This document shows positions 1 through 13,285 of a DNA stretch of 64,000 nucleotides, one piece after another. This DNA comes from Vicugna vicugna (lineage: Eukaryota): positions 1,981,319 through 2,045,318 of the forward strand of contig MU061579.1 of assembly GCA_013265495.1 (NCBI GenBank). Direction: 5' to 3'. Each line of letters begins with the position of its first letter. The stretch's first letter is position 1. The notes under the pieces are model-generated. The model did no database searches and was not told the DNA's origin. It saw only the letters and a list, made by a program, of their open reading frames with translations. Made by a program: the position numbers and the translations under genes.

Positions 1-124
1 GTTTTTTTTAGTTTTTTGTGTTTTAAATAGCTGTAGTAAATATAAATTTGTACTATAATGAAAGTATAGTCAACAATTATCAAAATATATCTGCATAAAT
101 TTTGAAATGCTGATTATTACAAAT

Positions 125-330
125 TTGTTTAGCACTTATGCACCGGACAGTTATAAGCACGTTTACATATATTAGTCATTTAACTCTTACATGTATCTGA
201 TAAGAGAGGTACCATAATTGTCTTTTTTAAATAGAAGACAACTAAAACAAAGAAAAATTAAGTGGTTTTCCCAAACTGACACAGCTAGCAAATCATGGGC
301 AAGGATTCCAATCAGGTAACTTGCCTCTAA
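125..330 (-). mobile_element. MIR SINE, degenerate
   Basis: Reverse MIR core: 'tttagcacttat...tttacatatattagtcatttaa...aattaagtggttttcccaaactgacacagctagcaaat'. Confidence 0.75.
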
Positions 331-1139
331 GTCAGCATAACACGAAATTTAAAGAATTTTTAAATCTTAGGAAAGTGATGTAAAATGAAACTTCAATTTT
401 ATCTCATTCTGTAAATTAACTTCTGTGTGAGTTCCTCATTTTAAGTCTAGGAAGATTCTAAAGGATGGGAAAAGTTCGGGGACCAGATACAGGCAGGAAG
501 TTACCATGATGGGTAGTATGACAGAAGTGAGCAGAGGATAAAAAGCAGTGGCTCAGTCACAGCTGGAGGAGTTGAGGCCAGATGATGGGGGAAGGAAACT
601 CAAGAAGACAGCTGCAGGGTTTGTGAAGTCCTGTGGCTCAAGGGCTAAAATTATGAATTCTAGACATTCAGTACACACCATTTTCTTTTTATGTAAGCCC
701 CAGAGCTCACTGGGGAGATGGTGTCTCCATCAGTTGTGGGACTGGAGCAGGCCAAACAGTTTTGGATTTGCTTTGAAGTTAATTAACCTAATCATCCTAA
801 GTATTTTCTTTGGAACAAAAGACTTTTGGCTCTCAGTTTTGGCTCAATTCTAGCTCAGTCTTGAAACTAAAGGATAGTTCCAATTTGAAAAACTCTTACA
901 GACAGTTCAAGTCTTGACTTTAACTATACAATATCATCTACCGTATAAAAATTTACAATTGCTTCCTTAACACTCCAGTTGTCATCCAAGAGCCCCTTGC
1001 TACTAACCAGTCTAAACACTCCTTCTCCCTTCCTGCCTATTTTTAAAACAGGAGCTGATAGAATTTCAGCTTCCAGAATTCCTCTGTTGCCTAATACTTC
1101 ACTTTCCTATTAGAAGACATTATGAACCAGGAAATTTAC

Positions 1140-1350
1140 ATTTATTAAATCCTTACTATGTACCCAGTATCAGGCGAAGCTCTTTACATTCATAATTTGC
1201 TTTGCAACAATCATAGAACATCATCCCTGTATTTCAGATGACCAAATCAAGGCTTAGAGTAGTTCATGTCTTACTTCACTATCAAGGAAAAAGAAGTACA
1301 ATCAGGAAATGAACTGAAGTCTGTCTCCAAAGCTCTTTGCCTTTCCACCA
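1140..1350 (-). mobile_element. MIR SINE, degenerate
   Basis: 'tttattaaatccttactatgtacc...atttcagatgaccaaatcaaggcttagag' resembles the reverse MIR core. Confidence 0.7.
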
Positions 1351-1574
1351 TACTATTCTACTTCCACCACAGGATAGTACGAATTTCGCTCTCTCTTTCT
1401 ATTAGATGAAGACATCATCTTTATGCCACTTACTTTCCCTACCATCAATTCATTAACTGCACAAAATTCATACACTTCAGAAAACTAGCTTTTATCCCTA
1501 AAACAAGCAACTCCACACATGGGTCTTTAAGGAATTAATCTTTTTTTAATTCCCTGAAACTTACAAAACATATT

Positions 1575-3310
1575 TCCATTTCCACTTAATCCAGATAAAG
1601 GAACAGGGATCAATTTACCCTTCCCCCTGGAATAGCCAAAAGTAAACAAACACAATATATAAAATAACAATTTTTAAGGCACCGAACATCAGTGATCAAA
1701 AGACACTGATCTCTGAAAGATGTAAAATATAATAGCTTTTTTGCGCTGTAGTACACTACTGAAAATTTAGTGGCTTAAAAGAATAACAAATTCTCTTACA
1801 GTTCTGGAGGTCAGTTTCACTGGACTAAACTGAAGGTGCTGGTAGGATCAATTCTTTCGGGAGGTTTTGAGTAGAGAACCAATTTTCTCGTTCTTTTTAG
1901 CCTCTAGGGTCCTCAGAATCCCTTGGCCTGTGGCGTCTAACTGCATCTTCAAAGTGTGCCATTCTCTTCTCTGCTCCCAGCATCACATCACCTTCTCCTT
2001 GGACTCTGATGCTTCTTCCATTTCTCTTCTAAGGAGCATTGTGATTACACTGGGCCCACCTGGTAATGCAGGCTAAGCTGCTTATTACAACACTGACTCT
2101 TAATTAATTATACCTGCAAAGGTTTTTGCTTTTTTGCTCTATACGGTAATACTCACAGGTTCTGGAAGTTAGGAGGTAGACATTTTGAGGGACTGTTATT
2201 CAGCCTACCACAGGAAACCAGAGGCAAACCCTGTAATTGTCCAAGCCATTTCTTTAAAAGAATGGTGGAGGCTCACAGTATTCTTGAATTAAGGAGACAG
2301 AGCTGAGAGTCCACAGAGAACAAGGCAGCTAGAACTACAGGACAAATTACCACAGAGGCCAAGTTTAATTTTGATTTGGTTGCTTGTTCATCTGTTTGTC
2401 TTGGTGGGAGGACTTGGAAGTAGACAGAAATGGAATTCTACTGTCCTAAGATTTATAGACTCTTTGAAAAGTAGTATATCACTTGACAGTAGACTGTGAT
2501 AAGTTAAAGATATATACTAGAAACCTTAAAGCAATTACTTAAATAAGTACAACAGTTAGGCTAATATTTGAATTTTTAGAAAATTCAGTATTATTTGATT
2601 CCAACTTTGATATTGGAAACTGCATTGTTTCCAATATCAAAAATGATTAAGTATGTAGGCCTAAACCTGACTAAAGATGTGAGAAACTGCTACCTTGAAA
2701 ACAAGAAAATACTGTAGTGATAAAGACCCAAATGAAAGGAGAAATTTAGTTCAGAAGATTTAATATTGTTAAGATATCAATTTTCCCCAATGAGCTATAG
2801 ATCTGATATAATCCAATCAGAGGCTGGATTTTTTTAAAAATAAAAGTTGATAAACTGATTCTGATATTCACATAGAAATGCAAAGAACCTAGATTAGTTT
2901 AAAAATCTAAGAGAAAAGTTGAGAACATTATGTGATTTCAATATTTATTATAAAACCACAGTAATTAAGAAGCTGAGGTTTGAGCGTAAGAATAGATTAA
3001 AAAACAGAACAGAGCTCTGAAATAGACCCACATGTATATGAACAATTGATTTTTGACAAAGCTGCAAAAGGTAATTTAGTAGAAAATGACAGTTTTTCTA
3101 CAAATATGTGCTGGAACAATTTAAAATTGGATATCTATATACAAATCAAATCAGAGCTTTGATTCATATCTTATAGCATATATAAAACCCGACTCACAAT
3201 GGATGATAGACCTAAATGTAAAACCTCAAACAACAAAGCTTCTGGAAAACACATACAAAAATCTTTATAAACTGGGATTAGGCAAAAATGTCTAGATATG
3301 ACAAAATAAT
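1575..3310 (+). mobile_element. Old L1M LINE fragments (5' region plus deleted ORF2 3' part), interrupted by an MLT1 LTR
   Basis: ORF2-like tracts such as 'tttaatattgttaagatatcaattttcccc', 'gaaatagacccacatgtatatgaacaattgatttttgacaaag' and 'gacctaaatgtaaaacc'. Confidence 0.75.
1730..2212 (-). mobile_element. MaLR solo LTR (MLT1-type)
   Basis: 'aatttagtggcttaaaa...ctcttacagttctggaggtca...gtgattacactgggcccacc...cagcctaccaca'. Confidence 0.85.
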
Positions 3311-3984
3311 TGAGGACATATTTTCCCACTACCTTACAATCCTGTAAATATAACAGAGAAACTTTAAGGGTGAACCAAAATCCTCAGTACAGGCCTTGAG
3401 TGCAATTTTGATAGCATTGTCCAAATAGGGAAAAAGTAGCCTCTTAAGCAAAAACCCTACAATATCATCCAATGTGATTTTATGTCCTTTGACTCAAGTT
3501 CATATCTCCTATTTATACTGATTGATTTATAGGACTAAACAAAATATGTAATACCAGTAATGCAGTGTTTAATATTAGGTATGCACTCAATAATTCTCTG
3601 GTTGTGTTGAGAATGATTTCTACAGCTGTAAACCAGATTAGACTAACTCTTCAAGAAAATATACGACTTGTGTAGAATACAAAGAAAGACGGTAAACGTA
3701 GGTTATGAACAACACAAGCCTTCAAGTACCTGGATGTAATTCTCCATAATTCAGTTTTCTACTATAAGAAAAAAACATTTCAAATAATGAATAATGGTAA
3801 GTAAGGTTTGGCAGAGCTGCAGTGGTCTCAATGGACACGTAGCATTGGGGAAAACAATCTTTAATATTTCAGTCAACTGAGAATAGCACTGTTTATTACT
3901 GCAGCATAACCCAGCCCATCCTGGCTGATGGTGGTGGGAAACACAGAATAAGTGCAATTCTGCATGAACTTTTAGTACAAAGGG

Positions 3985-4150
3985 GCTAAAAGGAGTGGGC
4001 AGAAATGTTCTCTTTATTGATCTGAGAACTGGTTATGTGTGTTCCATTTTGAAAATGTATTGATCTGTATACTTACAAGTACTTTTCCATATCTGTGTGT
4101 ACAGATAAATACATATATACATACATACATAAAATCTTCAATTCTAAAAG
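3985..4150 (+). mobile_element. Old L1M 3' end fragment
   Basis: 'aaatgttctctttattgatctgagaactggttatgtgtgttccattttgaaaatgtattgatctgtatactta'. Confidence 0.55.
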
Positions 4151-5691
4151 GTTTTTTTTTTTAAAGTGATAGGTGGAGCAGTTTGAAGTCATTTACTGTT
4201 TTATGGAAGTTGGATAAAGTCACTAAAGAAACAGGCATGATGGGACAGGAGGTACTCCAGGTGATGTGAAAGCTAAACACAGAACCATTTGGGACAGAAC
4301 AAATAAACATCGAGAAACCAGTGGAAGGGGATTATGGCAATATAGTTTTGTGCTAATCAAAAGGGAGTTTTTTGGGTTTTTTGGTGGAAAAAGAGAGGAT
4401 TTTGTGAATCCTAGAGGGCATTCTGACAACAGAAGTGACTAAACGTAACATGACAGAGAAAAATGAATGTCTTTTGTTCCAAGATGTTAGACATCAGGCA
4501 GCATTTAGATAGTCCTGAAGCACAGAGTAAAGGAAAAGTGATGCACAGAGGAGATTTCTACAAAACCCCGGTGCTCTCTCCTCATTGGAGACAGTTGGGA
4601 TAGACACATACATCCAAAACAAGAATCCTGAAGACAGTAGTAATCCTGGGCCAGGAAAAAGACCAGGCAACATCGACTTAAGGATCGTTTTATTTCTTTC
4701 ACGTTCAAATAATAAACCTAACACTAAATCTTTATCTTTTATCTATAACTTTCTGAATGACCTTTATCATTTGTTTTCTAAAGTTTTGTAGATTTTCTTT
4801 TTTGCCAAAACTTCCATTTCATGTAATGAACTAATAATAACAACTGCTCTTAGTGGATTCTGAATAAAATGTCTAAAATGCTCCAAGTTACCACATTTTT
4901 CTGAGTTCAGTAGTCTTGAAAATCAAATTCTTGATTATCAAAAACTGATAGAATATAGGTATCAGACAGCTAGACACACACACTGCAAGTTCACAGTTAA
5001 TATGCACCTTTAGAAAATTATATCCATGTTAACTGATTTATTATGAGTTAACCTGCATTTGTTATTCTATTTTGGGGCAAAGCAAAACACAAAATTAATG
5101 CTCGCATAGTTTACCAGAACTGGCTATTGAAGCCAAGTGGTAGAAGGTATGAGTGGGCAGGAGCCAGCAAGAATTTCAACAGGCAAGCTATAGGCAGGCC
5201 CATAGGTCAACAGGTACCAGGCACCCAAAAGGATAAAAACAAGAAAAGAAATACAAATCTTGAGAGAGAAAGATTCATATATGAGACATTATTAGCTTGA
5301 AGACAGAGGAGCAGTGAATAAGAGAAGCCAAGTTACGTAAACAGCAGGAACCAGGACAGCACTTGGGAATAACCTGAGATCAAACCAAATTACAAGTCTG
5401 GAGTCGTTAAAACATTCTTTTCCTAGGTAAGGGTTGATTCCAGAAATGAGAAGCGAGATGAGGGAGTCCTACAGATGGAAGTCAAGTGATGTCAACTGTT
5501 AGGGAAATAATGGATGATGCTGAGAACCAGGGTGAGGCTGACAGTTGACTGATTATTTAAGAAATTGCATCTGTTCCCATTTGGAAGTATAGGCAATATC
5601 AAAATAGAGTTGTTGATCCTTGAGAGACTGTAACATTTGCGTATGGTCTCTGGTTCTCAAGACTCTTTAAAAGCATTCCGATGGCATGCTA

Positions 5692-5855
5692 GGGCAGTGT
5701 GCCTCAAACTTAATGCCTGTGAATCAGCTGAGGACCTTGATAAAAGGCAGGTGCTGATTCTATAGGTCTGGATGAAACCTAGAGGTATGCATTTTTAAAA
5801 TGCTCCCATAAAATGCTCTTGGTGCTGGTCCTTGGCCTACCTTAGAGCAGCAAGG
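5692..5855. mobile_element. MER5A-like hAT-Charlie MITE
   Basis: 'cagtgtgcctcaaactt...gaatcagctgaggaccttgataaaa...gctgattctataggtctgg...tgcatttttaaaatgctccc...gctggtcc'. Confidence 0.7.
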
Positions 5856-6242
5856 CGCTAGAAGACCTCACAGACTTTAAAACAAAACTGAGCAAAATAA
5901 AACAATTAAGCCTAAAAATTGAAGCATAAATATGAAAAAAAAAATCTAAAAATACATGCTTGATTTTTTTCCTCCAATTTTTCAAGATATTAGCTTTCTG
6001 TTGAAACAAGAGATATTTGATCCAAAACATTTCAACCCTCTCCTTTGGTTGTGCTATTGAGATATCAAGAAGAGAAAAAAAAATCTTCATGTCTTTTATA
6101 CACAAAGACTATGTGGCATTGACAGAATCTCTTGTAAGACTTCCATGGAGAATTCTGTTAATTGGAGGCACCCCCGCAATGAGTCAGCAAAACGGAATCT
6201 GAATTTGTATTCTAAGAAGCACCTGTGTATTGAACATGACGT

Positions 6243-6445
6243 GTAGCACCATGGTTTACAAGTATAGGCTGGGACCACGCAGTCCTGGCTCAGTGCTCAG
6301 CTCTACTTCCCATCATCAGTGTGTTGTTGGGAAAATTACTTCCTCTCTGAGACTTGTGACCCTCACAGACAAAAGCAGACATTTCTTTCAAAACAGATTA
6401 TATATTAGACGATATCAAGTATGTAAAATTGCTGTCACAATACAT
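6243..6445 (+). mobile_element. MIR SINE
   Basis: 'gcaccatggtttacaagtataggctggg...cctggctcagtgctcagctctacttccc...tgtgttgttgggaaaattacttcctctctgagac'. Confidence 0.65.
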
Positions 6446-6553
6446 GGCAGCTGTGCAATCCAGAAACTAACACAACACTGTAAATCGATTATATTCATTA
6501 AAAAAAGTAAAAATTAAAAAAAGGAACTATATTGAGGAAAAAAATGGCAGCTG
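6444..6553 (+). mobile_element. Very short young L1 3' end with 10-bp direct repeat (likely TSD)
   Basis: 'cagaaactaacacaacactgtaaatcgattatattc' plus an A-rich tail; ATGGCAGCTG at 6444-6453 and 6544-6553. Confidence 0.7.
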
Positions 6554-8709
6554 GTTTTTCATACCTATTAGTAATTGCTGATTCATCTTTACACAGGAGA
6601 GACATGTCTTTACCTTAAAGAAAAACCACATTTCTGAATAAGGCCTTCAATTTTGTGTGGGTACAATCACACCAAGAAATGAGTTTCTCCATTACTTGAA
6701 CAGATACAAGACAATCAGAAAATTTGGAGTGACCTCCAGAGCCACACAGAATCCATGCATTGCCAAGAAAATCAGATGGGTTCTATTCATTTAGGTATTT
6801 TAGTGTTCATCTCCACATTGATCAACTAACTATCTGTGAAAACAAATTCTGTTTACACCATTTGATTAAACTCTTAACCATGGCCAGTCATCTTGTCAAT
6901 GTTATATAATAATTAAAGCATTTATTTCTTGCTGGGAGTGATATTATATCTAACACTAAGACACAAGATGTTGTATTTCAGAGTCCCATAGTATCTCAGT
7001 CATCTTGAGAAAATTCCCTTACATAATTCTTCTAGAGTTCAATCACTATGGTTAAGATTTAGTGGGAAAAAATAAATGCAAATATATTTGATTAATAAAT
7101 TTAATTTCCTGTCAAATGTATAAAACTAATATATAAAATCTTGCTCAAAACAATGCTAAATATTCAAAGGTATTTCAGAAACAACTAGAAAGATGGATAA
7201 TAGCTTGTTCATTTTATAATTAGTTCTGAGGCTGCTATGAAATTCTTTAGTCATTAAATATCTGAAATCTATTTAACATAATTGATACACGTGCATATGT
7301 AATACTTCTGATTGTAATCGATTCTATAAATAATGCATGCCACTTACAGCACACATCTTTTTGATTTGTTTTCAATATTTATTTTAAAATATATATGGTT
7401 TTTATTTCTGTACCTGATTTCTGAAAGCCATAGATTAAATATGTGAAGAATTTGTTTGCTATTTAAACACTACCTGATTCCTATTTAAATATCAGTCCTC
7501 AAAGCATTCAACCTGGAGGTATCATTAATCATCAAAAACCCATTAAAAACAAGGAAGTTCAGTTTAAAGTTAGTTTTAACATCATTTCAGTCTTAAGAAA
7601 CAGATGAATCTATTTTGCAGAAATGTAAGCAGTCTGACTACTCATACTGAAGGCCCATATAGTGTAGATACTTACTATGTATTTTTATTTTATTTTGTTG
7701 TTGTTCTTTGTTTCCATCTTTTTGTTCATTCAATTTTCTTACTATTAGCTTTAAATCACTCATAGTAGTATATTTTTGGCAGTGCTTTTTAAAGGAACTG
7801 GAAAATCCCTCAATAACTAAAGGGCAAAATAAAACCCTGAATGAGGACATCTTAAAGTCAATATCCCTAGAATTAACTGTCCAAAGCTCTGAGATCTATT
7901 TCCCGACACTTTCTTCAACTTATCTAGGATTTTCACAAAAAAACAAATTGTTCATTCGTAACTCTGAATATGCTTGCCCTGCTATACTCACTCCCTTTCT
8001 CTTCTGTGTTGTGTTTCATCACACAGGAATAATTTGGAAAGTAATCCAAATGGAATTAGAAATACAGTAAATCTAATTATTCACTGTTTCATCAAATATG
8101 TATTGTATATCCACTGTGTCCTGGAACATTGCTTTAGATGATAAACCAGATGTAGTCCCTATTATATACCAGAAGGTATATTATATATTATATATAGCAT
8201 AGACCAGAAGGTTCCCAATCTGGTAAGGGCTATGAGAGGGTGAAGTGCCTACCACTCTGGGTCCAAAGAACGGGTTTCCATTCTAATCTCAGAGGGTTGG
8301 GGAAGTCTCCCTAAAGAAAGTGATTATCTAAAACCAGTCCTAAAGCATGATTGGAATTGAAGTGGAAGGATTAAAAAAAGAGCATATCGGCAAAGGGCAA
8401 AACACAGGTCAAGGCTCAGAGGCGGAAGAGAACACAGTCATTTCAGGGAATTCTGAGTTATTCTTGGCAGCCAGATGGTCTTATGTAACACTGAGGAGTC
8501 ATGGGTAGATTTAAGGAGCATGAGTTCTTATTAACTTTAGAGAGGTAAGGCAATGTGAAAAGCAATGTGAAAGGTCTTCCTTATGAAATGAGTTAATATA
8601 TGTAAAAACCCTAGGATGATACCTACTATAAAGAAAGCATTTATAGATGTTGGCTATCATTATGTATAGTAGTACTGCTTTGCTAAATTATTATCATTTT
8701 GATCACCAA

Positions 8710-9046
8710 TGTTAGACTGGGTGGTTATGTTCCCCATTCCATTAATACATATGTTGCAATCCTGCCCCCTAATGTGATGCTGTTAGGAAGCAGTGCCTTT
8801 GGGAGGTGATTTGGTCATGAATTGAATTAGTGTGTTTGTAAAAGCAACCTGAGAGAGCTCCCTAGCCCCTTACGCCGTGTGAAGGCACAGAGTGAAGATG
8901 GTCATCTATGAACCAGGAAGTAGGCCCTCACCAGACACTAAATCTGCTGGCACCTTCATTTTGGACTTCCCAGCTGGCAGAACTATGAGAAATAAAGCCA
9001 CCCAGGATATAATGTGCTGTCACAGCAGCTCAAATAGACTAAGACA
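8710..9046 (+). mobile_element. MaLR solo LTR (MLT1A-like)
   Basis: 'gcctttgggaggtgatttggtcatga...ctatgaaccaggaagtaggccctcaccagacactaaatctgctggcaccttc...gactaagaca'. Confidence 0.9.
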
Positions 9047-10077
9047 CCTCCCTACCAAAAGAAACTGAGGAAAAGAAGGGGTAACAGAAATAAATTGGTA
9101 ACCTACACTTGGAAATATATGAGAAAAGACAGACACTCTGCAATCATTTACCAAAATTAATTTATGGAGATGAATAAATACAAAGATGGAATGTGGCCTT
9201 ATTAATTAGGACAAGATGATAATGTGGCCTTTTTAAAATCAGCTTCCCCTTACCTTAGGACCAATTTAGCACAATTATGGTTGATGAGTTTATTTTCACT
9301 GTATGTTTAAAAAAAAAAAACACAAAACTACAGTTACCTCATGAGCGAAACTGAGTTCAAAAAGGGTGATTTAATTTGATATTGCAACCACCAGGTGTTT
9401 AACTCAGTCATACCTCATCATAAAATATTTCCCCATCACGGGAATCCAGCTTTACTGCAGGTTCAATCATGTCTCCTGATGGGTAGTTTTGTTCCTCACC
9501 TCTGTCTCACTGTTCTTATTTCAGAAGTAGATAGCATGATGGGGCAAAACTCATTTTTGTTTAAATGCTAATGTGTTTTGTTTATCTTCTAAGTATCACT
9601 TATCTGATGGATGGTTCTAGCTCAATAACATACACATGTGCACTTTTCGAGAAATTGGATTTTGTATGAGTATAAAAAAAGAACAAAATACGTACATGGG
9701 CCTTTAAAAATAAAGGGAAACTTGAAATCTGCCTCAGTCTGATGGAAAAGCGACAGAGAAGTCAGATTTCACAAACAAAATCAGAGAATCTCTCTAGCTG
9801 GCTGAAATAAATGCAAACACCCCTGTCACTTTTCAGAACACATGCTGCATTTGGAAAAAGAGGGTCCCTGTACATCGCCAGCTAGTAGCAATTATTTCTT
9901 GTATAAAACTGCATACGAGGCCAACTTTATCCAGAAGGAAATATAAAACTTTTCAGAAAGAAAATAAGTTCCCAAGGACTATGTTCAGTTCTGCGCACCT
10001 ACAGTGGTGGCAGATTTGATAAACTGCAGCCTTTTAGGTTCTTGATTAACATCACAATAACATTCTTCAAAAACACA

Positions 10078-10265
10078 ACTTATTGAGCAATTACTATATA
10101 CCACAAATCATACCAAGTGTCTAATGTACATTGCTTTAATTTACTGGATAAGCTATACACTATTATTCTTCTCCTCTTACATGTGAGAGAACTGAGATTT
10201 GCTCAAGGTTTAACACCCATAAGAGAATCACTGTCAGGAGAGCGATCTTCTAGACACTAGGTCTT
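10078..10265 (-). mobile_element. MIR SINE, degenerate
   Basis: 'acttattgagcaattactatata...ttacatgtgagagaactgagatttgctcaagg'. Confidence 0.6.
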
Positions 10266-11729
10266 CATTTCCTACCCACGCCCATTCTTTAGTACAGATA
10301 ACTGATTACTTTTTCATCTAATGTAAATCACTCTGCCAACACAGATTCAAAACAAGTCCCCCTGCCTACCCCTTTCCTACCAGAATCATAACTCCTTCCT
10401 CTGCAGAAATGCTGGAGCGAGCGATCTTCACGGAGGCTGGGTGCTCATTCTGGGTTGTTTCTTTAAAAAAGACAACTAGACTTACCTTCTAGTTGGAGGT
10501 TTGTAAGGACTTCCTCATAACGCCTTTCCTCCTGGGGCAATAATTTCCTAAGTTTTCTGTATCCAGTGTCTACCCACCCTGAGCTCCAAATTATCCACTT
10601 CATTCCACTGTTGCTGTATGGTTAAAATGATGCCAAACTCAACACAGAACGTATAACCCTGAGATAATCAGGCCACTGGACTGGAAGCATTATTTGTGAA
10701 AAAAATAATTGATATAAATAAATTTTCTATCTTTATACATATATAACAAGGTGACAGCTGAGAGAAAGCTGTGCTCACATTTCTCATGGACCAGAGATTT
10801 GGAGAAGTTCGTGAAATACTGCCATAGGGCTATGCAAGATACATATAATAATGTGTTGTAATTTGTAATGTCACTAAAATGAGACCTAATGCTAGTCTCC
10901 TTGTGTCACTTGTGAATTCATTTAATCCAGTGATAGCCCAGCTTATTCAAAGGTCCTAGCTTAACCACTCCCAGCTAGCAGGCCACATACTGTATTCATT
11001 TGTGAAAAGATGAAAAGGGAAAGTGATAGAAACATACTCCAGCCCTACTGACTGTCTGACCAACTGTGTACTCTCACAAATGAAATATAAGGAGTTCTTC
11101 TTGTTTAAGTTTCTCTGAAATTCCACTGCAAGAAATAAATCTTTCCTGAACCCCAAAGAAGATCAGCATGCCTACCTTTATATAACTTCAGAGAGCCACA
11201 TGACATATCTTCTGGTTTGGATCCCCAAATATCTTTCACCTTGAATCTTATGTAAGTGTTAGAAGTGTAACCACCACCTTGACTCCCCAAAGATCAATGA
11301 CACACTTGTCCTTGAGTTATAGGGAGCTCCTGCTAGGCTACATATAGCTCCATCAGGGAAAGAAAAGAGGTGAAGTAGAAAACAAAAAAAAATTATTAAT
11401 TCCTATTATATGTCATACCTTGTGGCTTTTACATGCAGCATTGATCCTGTTTTATAGTAGAGAAGACAACATTTCAAGAAATTTGTCCTAAGTCCCACTG
11501 TCACATAAGCAGCAGTGACAGTGCTTAAAATCAAATCTTCTAACTCTAAATTTAGAATCCTTATTTCACCATGGTCTTTAACTGTGGTGCCTTTTTCTCT
11601 CTACAACAGAGTGCTGGTTTCAATAAAAACAACTAAAATTCCTGATTTCCAAAACCATTATGCAACAAAACTTAGATGGCAATTTTCTTTTCTGCCGACA
11701 AATAAGAGTTTTAAGGAGGCAATACCACA

Positions 11730-12790
11730 TGTATTAGTTATCTAGTGCTGCCAAAAAAAAAAAAAATTCACAAACTGAAAAGTGATAAAGTTTAAAAGTG
11801 GCTTGAAAAAATGTTACTGAGTCCAAACTCATTCTGCTCATGACATGACAGGCCAACAAATCGGGAGATGAAGTGCTGGGGCAAGGAATAACGACTTTAT
11901 TCAGAAAGCCAGTAGACTGAGAAGATGGCAGACTAATGTCCTGTAGAACCATCCCCAAGTCAGAATTCAGGCTCCTATTATACTAAAAAGGGAAAGGGCA
12001 GTGTGGTTGGTTGTTGCAAATTTCTTGGTGTCAGAATCCTTTCTTCTTGCAACTGTCCACATAGGTGTAAATCTCCAACAAGAGAAATGTTATTCTGTTT
12101 TGAAACTTTTTTTATCTCTATGTTATACCCTTAAAGGTCAGGGCCTTGAGAATGGGCTCTCCTGTGTATTTCAGGCTCTAGGCAACATTCTTTTATAAAA
12201 GGTGCAGAACCAGCATGACTAAGCCAAGGAAACAGAGCACAGGGTTAGAGCTAAAGGAAGAGATCTCATATGGAATCAGATTTGTTCTTCCCTATTATGC
12301 AATCACGTTTATTATCTCACAGTTTCTTTAGTCAAGGGTCTATACTTGAGCTCTCCTCAAGGTTACAATCAATGTGTTCACCAGGCCTGGGTTTTCATCT
12401 GAATTTCCCCGAGGAAGGATCTGCTTTCAAACCATAGTTGTTGGCAGCATTCAGTTTCTCACACGTTGCCAGAATGAGAAACCTCAGTTTCTTGTGGGCT
12501 ATTGGCGTGAGGCTGCCCTCAGCTCCTTGTCACATGGTCCCCTCTTTAGGAGAGCTCATGACATGATAGTTTTCTTCTTTAAAGTGAGCAAAAGAGAGAG
12601 CATCCTCTAGTAAGATGTTATAATCTTATGTAGCAGAATTCAGTGCAGATGATCAACCACGTAAGCCCCATCATCCTTGTCGTAATCTTTTGGGTAGGAG
12701 TAAACCACAGGCCCCATCCACAATTAAGGAGTAGAGATCACAAGAGAATGAACATAGGGAGGTGGAGATCACGCGGACCACCCTCAGAAA
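11730..12790 (-). mobile_element. MaLR LTR (MLT1E/F-like) split by an ERV1 LTR
   Basis: Starts 'tgtattagttatctagtgctgc...agtggcttgaaa' and resumes at ~12300 'tttattatctcacagtttct...gttgttggcagcattcagtttctc'. Confidence 0.75.
11812..12299 (-). mobile_element. ERV1-type solo LTR
   Basis: TGT terminus 'tgttactgagtccaaactc', minus-strand AATAAA at 11896-11901, other end 'tttgttcttccctattat'. Confidence 0.8.
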
Positions 12791-12861
12791 CAGTTTATTA
12801 TATCACCTATTAATGAGATTTTTAGACTCAATTTCTTTATTTATAAAGTAGGAATATTAAC

Positions 12862-13285
12862 TGTACTAGTTTGCAGGGCTGCATTAACAAAGTACCGCAA
12901 CTGGGTGGCTTAAATAACAGAAATTGGTTTTCTCAGTTCTGAAGGTTAAAAGCCCAAGATCAAGGTGGACAGGGCTGTTTTTCTCAGGTACTGGGAGGGA
13001 GAAGCTGTTCCATGAATCTCCCTGAGCTTCAGATGTGTTGCTGGCATCCTTGGCATCCTTGGCTTGTAGAAGCCTCGCCCTGATTGCTGCCTTCATTCTT
13101 ACAGAGTGTTCTTCCTGTGTTCCTGCCTTTCTAAATTTCACTTTTTTACAAGGACCCCAATTACATCAGATCAGGGTCCACCTTAATAACCTCATTTTAA
13201 TTTGACTTCACCAAATAAGTCACATTCTAAGGTACTGGGGGTTAAGGCTTCAAAATGAATTTTGGGAGGACACAGTTCACTTTAA
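12862..13285 (-). mobile_element. MaLR solo LTR (MLT1B/C-like) inserted in a MIR
   Basis: 'tgtactagtttgcagggctgc...aactgggtggcttaaataacagaaat...gtcacattctaaggtactgggggttaagg'; MIR-like sequence on both flanks. Confidence 0.9.

Noticed and set aside
8168..8212. ACCAGAAGGT repeat around a TA-rich spacer (similar micro-duplications at ~8550, ~38620, ~42060)
   Set aside because: Ordinary slippage-type micro-duplications with no functional signal.
10238..10430. GAGCGATCTTC occurring twice ~180 bp apart
   Set aside because: Only 11 bp, with no element between the copies; compatible with chance.
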